Below are positions 46,013 to 51,286 of a stretch of DNA of 51,286 bases, in pieces (the first letter of the stretch is position 1; each line of letters opens with the position of its first letter). Origin of the DNA: Bacteroidales bacterium. GTDB taxonomy: Bacteria > Bacteroidota > Bacteroidia > Bacteroidales > Muribaculaceae. The notes beneath the pieces were generated by a model. That model did no database searches. It was not told the origin of the DNA and saw only the letters and a program-made list of their open reading frames with translations. The translations under genes were made by a program, and so were the position numbers. The stretch lies in NCBI GenBank assembly GCA_029224905.1, contig JAQXVL010000005.1:1-51286 (forward strand), written 5' to 3'.

Positions 46013-48013
46013 ATGAAATTAAGCAAAGCAGTAATATTTTCCTTCCTATTGATGCTTCTGAGCGCCGCTACAGCATGGGCTCAGCCGGCACAACACGTTA
46101 AATGGAACATTAAATTTGAAAAGCGTTCAGCCACAGAAGGTGTTGTTAATTTTGTTGCAGAAATCGATAACGGGTGGCATCTATACGCAACGCGGCTACC
46201 CGAAGGCGGTCCCGTGCCGACACAGGTAAAATGGACAGAACTACAAGGCGTCAATCTTGTCGGCGAATTGGTCGAAGAAACGCCTGCGCACACCGAAATC
46301 GACGAAATTTTCCATCTGAAACTCGGATGGTGGACTGACCGCGCCGTCATTTCGCAAAAGGTACAAATCACCGACGACTCATATACCATCCGCGGCAGTC
46401 TTCGCTATATGGCGTGCGGTCATGGCACCTGTCAGTCGCCGCAAAACGAGACTTTTGAATTCGTCTCGCAACCGACCCCTGTCGAAGCAAAAGCGTCGAC
46501 CGAAGAGCAGGAACAAGATGCTGTCGCCGCTTCAAAAACAGCTACCGACAAATCGCAACTTTCGGAATCTGTCGACATTTATAGCCCGGTCAACACCGTT
46601 TCCGCTGCGAAAGAAAATTCAGAAACAGACTCGTCACACTCGTTGTGGTACGTATTCTTGGGAGGTTTGCTCGGCGGTTTCGTTGCACTGCTTACGCCGT
46701 GCGTATGGCCGATGATACCGCTCACTGTCAGCTTCTTCCTCAAGCGACACAATAGCCGCCGTCGCGCCATAGTCGATGCCGTAATCTACGGCGCATCGAT
46801 TGTTATCGTATACCTCCTGTTAGGAACAATCGTAACGCTGATATTCGGACCGTCTATGCTTAACGAATTAGCGACAAGCGCCGTATTCAATCTCATATTC
46901 TTTGCGATGTTGGTACTGTTTGCCGTATCGTTTTTCGGAGCGTTCGAAATAACACTGCCATCAAGTTGGACAAATCGCATCGATTCGAAAGCTGTTAACA
47001 CTACCGGCATTTTGAGCATATTCTTCATGGCATTTACCTTGGCATTGGTATCGTTCTCTTGCACAGGTCCGATTATAGGCACACTGCTTGTAGAAGCTGT
47101 AAGTCTGGGCGACTTGACCGGACCGATTGTCGGAATGGGCGCTTTTGCATTAGCGTTGGCAATACCCTTCGCCGTTTTTGCACTCTTCCCGTCGTGGCTA
47201 CAAGGACTGCCAAAGTCGGGCGGTTGGCTCAACACCGTCAAAGTGGTTCTTGGTTTCATAGAATTGGCGCTGTCAATCAAATTTCTCTCGGTTGCCGACC
47301 TCGCATACGGCTGGCGCATACTCGACCGCGAAGTGTTTATCGTACTTTGGGTGGTCATTTTCGGTCTGCTCGGACTCTATCTACTCGGGCGATTGCGTCT
47401 TTCGGGCGACGCCGTGGTAGAAAAGATAGGCGTCGTTCGACTGTTCTTGGCAGGCGCATCGCTCTCGTTTGCTTTGTATCTCCTTCCCGGCTTATGGGGC
47501 GCTCCCCTTAGAGCGGTTAGCGCATTCCTGCCACCGGTTTCGACGCTCGACTTCAACCTGTCGGCTCAATCCGCACACCAAACTTTCGACAACTACGACG
47601 AAGGTATGCGCGTGGCGGCTCGCGAAGGCAAGCCCGTATTTCTCGACTTCTCCGGCTACGGCTGCGTAAACTGCCGCAAGATGGAAATGGCTGTGCTCGA
47701 CACCGAAAAAGTCGACACATATTTGAAAGACAACTTCATCAACATTACATTGATGGTCGACGACCGTCGCGAGCTCGAACGTCCGATGCACGTCACCGAA
47801 AACGGCAAAGACGTTGAGTTGGAAACCTACGGCGATTTGTGGAGCTACTTGCAACGTCATAAATTCGGTGCAAATTCACAACCCTACTACGTTGTGCTCG
47901 ACAGCAAAGGCAACTTGCTCGCCGGACCGGTATACTATGACGAAAACGTCGACAATTTTATGAAATTCCTCCAAGACGGTTTGGAAAAATACCGCGCCGA
48001 GGAAGATAAATAA
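46013..48013 (+). CDS. dsbD: Thiol:disulfide interchange protein DsbD-like (N-terminal DsbD-alpha-like domain, CcdA-type membrane core, C-terminal thioredoxin)
   Basis: Signal peptide MKLSKAVIFSFLLMLLSAATAWA. TM core with LTPCVWPMIP and FSCTGPIIG cysteines. C-terminal thioredoxin-like FSGYGCVNCRKME. The start is taken at 46013 because the longer ORF from 45914 begins inside the upstream terminator. Confidence 0.88.
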   Translation: MKLSKAVIFSFLLMLLSAATAWAQPAQHVKWNIKFEKRSATEGVVNFVAEIDNGWHLYATRLPEGGPVPTQVKWTELQGVNLVGELVEETPAHTEIDEIFHLKLGWWTDRAVISQKVQITDDSYTIRGSLRYMACGHGTCQSPQNETFEFVSQPTPVEAKASTEEQEQDAVAASKTATDKSQLSESVDIYSPVNTVSAAKENSETDSSHSLWYVFLGGLLGGFVALLTPCVWPMIPLTVSFFLKRHNSRRRAIVDAVIYGASIVIVYLLLGTIVTLIFGPSMLNELATSAVFNLIFFAMLVLFAVSFFGAFEITLPSSWTNRIDSKAVNTTGILSIFFMAFTLALVSFSCTGPIIGTLLVEAVSLGDLTGPIVGMGAFALALAIPFAVFALFPSWLQGLPKSGGWLNTVKVVLGFIELALSIKFLSVADLAYGWRILDREVFIVLWVVIFGLLGLYLLGRLRLSGDAVVEKIGVVRLFLAGASLSFALYLLPGLWGAPLRAVSAFLPPVSTLDFNLSAQSAHQTFDNYDEGMRVAAREGKPVFLDFSGYGCVNCRKMEMAVLDTEKVDTYLKDNFINITLMVDDRRELERPMHVTENGKDVELETYGDLWSYLQRHKFGANSQPYYVVLDSKGNLLAGPVYYDENVDNFMKFLQDGLEKYRAEEDK

Positions 48014-48035
48014 CACAACAAACGAAAACAGACAG

Positions 48036-48830
48036 ATGAGTAATAGTAAAGAATATAGGCTCGAGGCGTTTGGCAAATTGCTCGACATTCTCGATTGCCT
48101 TCGCGAGAAATGTCCTTGGGACAGAAAACAGACCAACGAAAGCCTTCGTTGTAACACTATCGAAGAGGTCTACGAACTTAGCAACGCATTGCTTAAGTCG
48201 GAAACCGACGAAATCAAGAAAGAGCTCGGCGATGTGTTGCTTCACATCGTGTTCTACTCAAAAATTGCCGACGAGAAAGGACAATTCGACATTGCCGACG
48301 TATGCGATACCCTCTGCCAAAAACTCATCTACCGTCATCCTCACGTCTTCGGCGAAGTTCGCGTCAAAGGTTCGGACGAAGTTGAAGACAATTGGGAACA
48401 GCTGAAACTCAAAGAAAAAGACGGCAACAAAACCGTATTGTCGGGCGTTCCCGAAGCCCTTCCGGCACTTATCAAAGCCGAGCGCATCCAAGAGAAAGCA
48501 GCGCATGTCGGTTTCGATTGGCAGCAGCGCGAAGACGTCTGGGAAAAGGTTAAAGAAGAAATCGGCGAAGTCGAAGCAGAGTTGCGCAGCGACGACACGG
48601 CGCGATGCGAGAACGAATTCGGCGACTTGCTTTTCAGCATCATCAATGCCGCTCGCCTCTACAAAGTGAATGTCGAAAACGCGCTCGAACATACCAACCG
48701 CAAATTCATCGACCGATTTAACTACATCGAACTTAAAGCCAAAGAGCAAGGCAAAGCCATCAACCAACTTACACTCGCCGAGATGGATGCTCTATGGAAT
48801 GAATATAAAAGTAACGTAGAAGCCCGATGA
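48036..48830 (+). CDS. mazG: Nucleoside triphosphate pyrophosphohydrolase MazG
   Basis: Motif CPWDRKQT, with EExYE and ELGDVLLHIVF in the first domain and a second EEIGEVEAE...EFGDLLFSIIN domain. Length is 264 aa. Confidence 0.92.
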   Translation: MSNSKEYRLEAFGKLLDILDCLREKCPWDRKQTNESLRCNTIEEVYELSNALLKSETDEIKKELGDVLLHIVFYSKIADEKGQFDIADVCDTLCQKLIYRHPHVFGEVRVKGSDEVEDNWEQLKLKEKDGNKTVLSGVPEALPALIKAERIQEKAAHVGFDWQQREDVWEKVKEEIGEVEAELRSDDTARCENEFGDLLFSIINAARLYKVNVENALEHTNRKFIDRFNYIELKAKEQGKAINQLTLAEMDALWNEYKSNVEAR

Positions 48831-50848
48831 TTGTTTGCATTACCGAGAAACCGAGTGTTGCCAAAGACATTGCAGCCATACTCGGCGCTAATGTGCGCCG
48901 TGAAGGCTTCTTCGAAGGCAACGGATATAAAGTCACCTGGACCTACGGACACCTGTGCACGCTCAAAGAGCCCCACGACTACACCGACCGCTGGAAGCCG
49001 TGGAGTCTGAGCGCACTGCCTATGATTCCGCCACGGTTCGGCATCAAACTCATCGACGACAAAGGCATAGAACGCCAATTTCACGTCATTGAGCAACTTA
49101 TTGAAGAAGCCGACCAGGTGATAAACTGCGGCGATGCCGGGCAAGAAGGAGAATTGATACAGCGTTGGGTGATGCAAAAAGCACTATGCCGCAAGCCCGT
49201 CAATCGGCTGTGGATTTCGTCGCTTACCGACGAAAGTATCCGCGAAGGCTTCAAGCAATTGCGCCCACAGTCCGACTTCGACCGCCTTTATCATGCCGGG
49301 CTCTCGCGTGCTATCGGCGATTGGATTCTCGGTATGAACGCCACTCGACTGTTCACCATCAAATACTCCGGAGGCAACGGCGTACTGTCGATTGGTCGCG
49401 TGCAGACTCCTACGCTCGCTCTAATCGTCGAGCGGCAGAAAGAAATCGACAACTTTCAGCCCGAAGATTTCTGGGAAATCAAAACCGACTACCGCGAAGT
49501 GCCGTTTTCGTCGACTGCCGGACGTTACCACAGCGAAGAAGAGGCTAACCAAATAGTTGAACAAATCAAATCGCTGCCGCTGACCATTACGTCCGTTCAG
49601 ACAAAACGCGGAAAAGAATCGGCGCCGCGATTGTTCGACCTAACCTCGCTTCAGGTGGAATGCAACAAAAAATACAGCTTTTCAGCCGACACCACGCTGA
49701 AGCTCATTCAGTCGCTCTACGAAAAGAAGTTCACCACATATCCACGCGTCGACACCACGTATCTGAGCGAGGATATATATCCCAAAGTGCCGGGAATCTT
49801 GCAAGCATTAACACCCTATGCAAACTTGACGGCGCCCCTACTCGCCGCTAAACTGCCGAAAAGCCGCAAAGTGTTCGACAATTCAAAAGTAACCGACCAC
49901 CATGCCATAATTCCCACCAACGTGCCACCTTCGTCGTCGCTTTCGCTCGACGAAAAACGAGTATACGACTTGGTTGCAAAACGGTTTATCGGCGTGTTCT
50001 ATCCCGATTGCGAATTCGACCGCACCGAGGTAATGGCGAAAGTCGGCGACTTCGACTTCAAAGCGACCGGCAAGAAAATCGTCAATCCGGGCTGGCGTTC
50101 CATCTACCCGACGACGCCCGGCGCCGACGCCGACGACTGCATTATGCCGCAATTCACCGAAGGCGAATCTGGTCCGCATACGCCGTCGTTTGTCAAGAAA
50201 ACAACCCAGCCGCCAAAATACTACACCGAAGGTACGCTGCTTCGCGCTATGGAAACGGCGGGCAAATTCGTCGACGACGAAGTGCTCCGCGAAGCTATGA
50301 AAGCAAATGGCATCGGACGCCCGTCAACCCGCGCGGCTATCATCGAAACGCTTTTCAAGCGCCGATACATTACAAAAGATAAGAAAAACCTAAAAGCAAC
50401 ACCTGCCGGCATCGCACTCATCGATACGATACAAGTTGAGTTGCTCAAATCGGCTAAACTTACCGGTTTGTGGGAAAACAAACTGCGCCGAATCGAATCG
50501 GGTGACTATAGCGCATCCGACTTCATTGACGAACTCAAGCAACTCATCAATCAAATTGTCCTCGATGTGCTCAACGACAATTCCGGCAACAAGATTATAG
50601 TTGCAGAGCAAAAGCCGAAAAAAGAAGAACCAAAGAAGCGCAAAGAGCGCCGACCATCGGTGGAATCGTATGAGCAAATCGCGTGTCCGAAATGCGGTAA
50701 CGGTCATATCATAAAAGGAAAAACAGCCTTCGGTTGCAGCAACTACGCGACAGGCTGCGATTTCCGAATGCCGTTTTCCGACTTTAAACGTACACCTTCA
50801 CCCGCACAACTTGCTCGAAAAATCAAATCGGCAGCAAAAGGCGATTAA
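48827..50848 (+). CDS. topB: Type IA DNA topoisomerase (topoisomerase III-like) with C-terminal zinc-ribbon
   Basis: Toprim start MIVCITEKPSVAKDIA, DAGQEGELI, SIGRVQTPTL and the catalytic-Tyr region TTYPRVDTTYLS. Also GIGRPSTRAAIIETL and a C-terminal CPKCG...CSNY..C motif. ATGA overlap with mazG. Confidence 0.9.
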   Translation: MIVCITEKPSVAKDIAAILGANVRREGFFEGNGYKVTWTYGHLCTLKEPHDYTDRWKPWSLSALPMIPPRFGIKLIDDKGIERQFHVIEQLIEEADQVINCGDAGQEGELIQRWVMQKALCRKPVNRLWISSLTDESIREGFKQLRPQSDFDRLYHAGLSRAIGDWILGMNATRLFTIKYSGGNGVLSIGRVQTPTLALIVERQKEIDNFQPEDFWEIKTDYREVPFSSTAGRYHSEEEANQIVEQIKSLPLTITSVQTKRGKESAPRLFDLTSLQVECNKKYSFSADTTLKLIQSLYEKKFTTYPRVDTTYLSEDIYPKVPGILQALTPYANLTAPLLAAKLPKSRKVFDNSKVTDHHAIIPTNVPPSSSLSLDEKRVYDLVAKRFIGVFYPDCEFDRTEVMAKVGDFDFKATGKKIVNPGWRSIYPTTPGADADDCIMPQFTEGESGPHTPSFVKKTTQPPKYYTEGTLLRAMETAGKFVDDEVLREAMKANGIGRPSTRAAIIETLFKRRYITKDKKNLKATPAGIALIDTIQVELLKSAKLTGLWENKLRRIESGDYSASDFIDELKQLINQIVLDVLNDNSGNKIIVAEQKPKKEEPKKRKERRPSVESYEQIACPKCGNGHIIKGKTAFGCSNYATGCDFRMPFSDFKRTPSPAQLARKIKSAAKGD

Positions 50849-50869
50849 AGCGAGTTTCCAAGCCGATTC

Positions 50870-51286
50870 TTACCTATCAATAAGAGGCTGAAGGACCGGG
50901 ATAAGTTTGTCGGCGTAGCGACGGAAACCGACGTCGGTAAAGTGAATACCATCGACCGTGCCTTCGTTGTCGTAGCCCGACAAGCCATCGGCGGTGACGT
51001 AGTAGATGTCGGTGTAACCGTCGGCAATCAGGCGTTCGTAGTTTTTACGGAATTTTTCGTTCTTCTTCGGCAGATAAGACGTAAAGAATGAGTCGAATCG
51101 CGCATAACTGTACATCGGTCCTTCGACCATCACAACCGGCACTTCGGGACGCAGCGTCTTGAGTGTGCGCACGAAATTGTAGGTCAGTGTGTCGCACATC
51201 ATCTCCGAGCAATTTGGCACCGGGTCGACGACAAACACGTCAGCATCTTTGATGCTCGCCAGTGCGCGTGCCATAAACGGATTCAT
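50870..51286 (-). CDS. SGNH/GDSL-type hydrolase, C-terminal part (5' end probably beyond the window edge)
   Basis: The C-terminal block ..VDGIHFTDVGFRRYADKLIP.. matches the D-x-x-H block V of SGNH hydrolases. The ORF runs open to the window end. Confidence 0.6.
   Translation of the reverse strand: MNPFMARALASIKDADVFVVDPVPNCSEMMCDTLTYNFVRTLKTLRPEVPVVMVEGPMYSYARFDSFFTSYLPKKNEKFRKNYERLIADGYTDIYYVTADGLSGYDNEGTVDGIHFTDVGFRRYADKLIPVLQPLIDR

Noticed and set aside
48827-50848. Topoisomerase III as a possible marker of an integrative conjugative element.
   Set aside because: No integrase, relaxase, tra or mob genes and no flanking repeats are nearby. The gene is translationally coupled (ATGA) to mazG within core genes, so it is treated as chromosomal.

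Overview
The window reads as a syntenic, mostly housekeeping stretch of a Bacteroidales-type chromosome. This is inferred from protein content, the Bat aerotolerance operon, TAnnTTTG -7 promoter boxes and very tight gene packing. About 44 protein genes are supportable. Plus strand, left part: a LysM/PBP-like protein, an OM beta-barrel and a 996-aa PMP-repeat surface protein, with a minus-strand HU/SPOR protein between them. Next on the plus strand come yeiH, udk, lptB, sppA, lpxK, a purine nucleoside phosphorylase, thiL and desulfoferrodoxin, with a minus-strand hypothetical between yeiH and udk. After a minus-strand hemW, the plus strand continues with a nitroreductase, a DUF2520 protein, kdsC and maf. 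A minus-strand block follows: an ATP-grasp-like orphan, nspC, a UvrD-like helicase and an HsdR_N nuclease-domain protein. holA is on the plus strand. The long minus block that follows holds the complete Bat operon (moxR, DUF58, a DUF4381-like fusion, batA to batE). It then holds thrA, an iPGM-like gene and thrC, and finally rluA-family, recQ, clpX and clpP. The right end carries class I fumarate hydratase, dsbD, mazG, topB and a truncated SGNH hydrolase. I found no tRNA/rRNA genes, CRISPR array, integrase, transposase or obvious defence island, and I see no compelling novel multi-gene system. Four observations are worth a second look. First, a 174-nt element exactly fills the holA/batE intergenic gap and folds into an almost continuous rod, with G-U pairs only on the + strand (candidate sRNA, possibly 6S-like). 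Second, a G9 homopolymer lies inside the signal-peptide codons of the PMP-repeat surface protein (candidate slipped-strand phase switch). That gene also has a perfect 12-bp palindrome at its predicted transcription start. Third, an uncharacterised ATP-grasp-like gene sits 3 nt downstream of nspC. Fourth, the thr operon carries an iPGM-like gene where thrB would be expected. All protein calls rest on my reading of motifs in the supplied translations. No database search was run.
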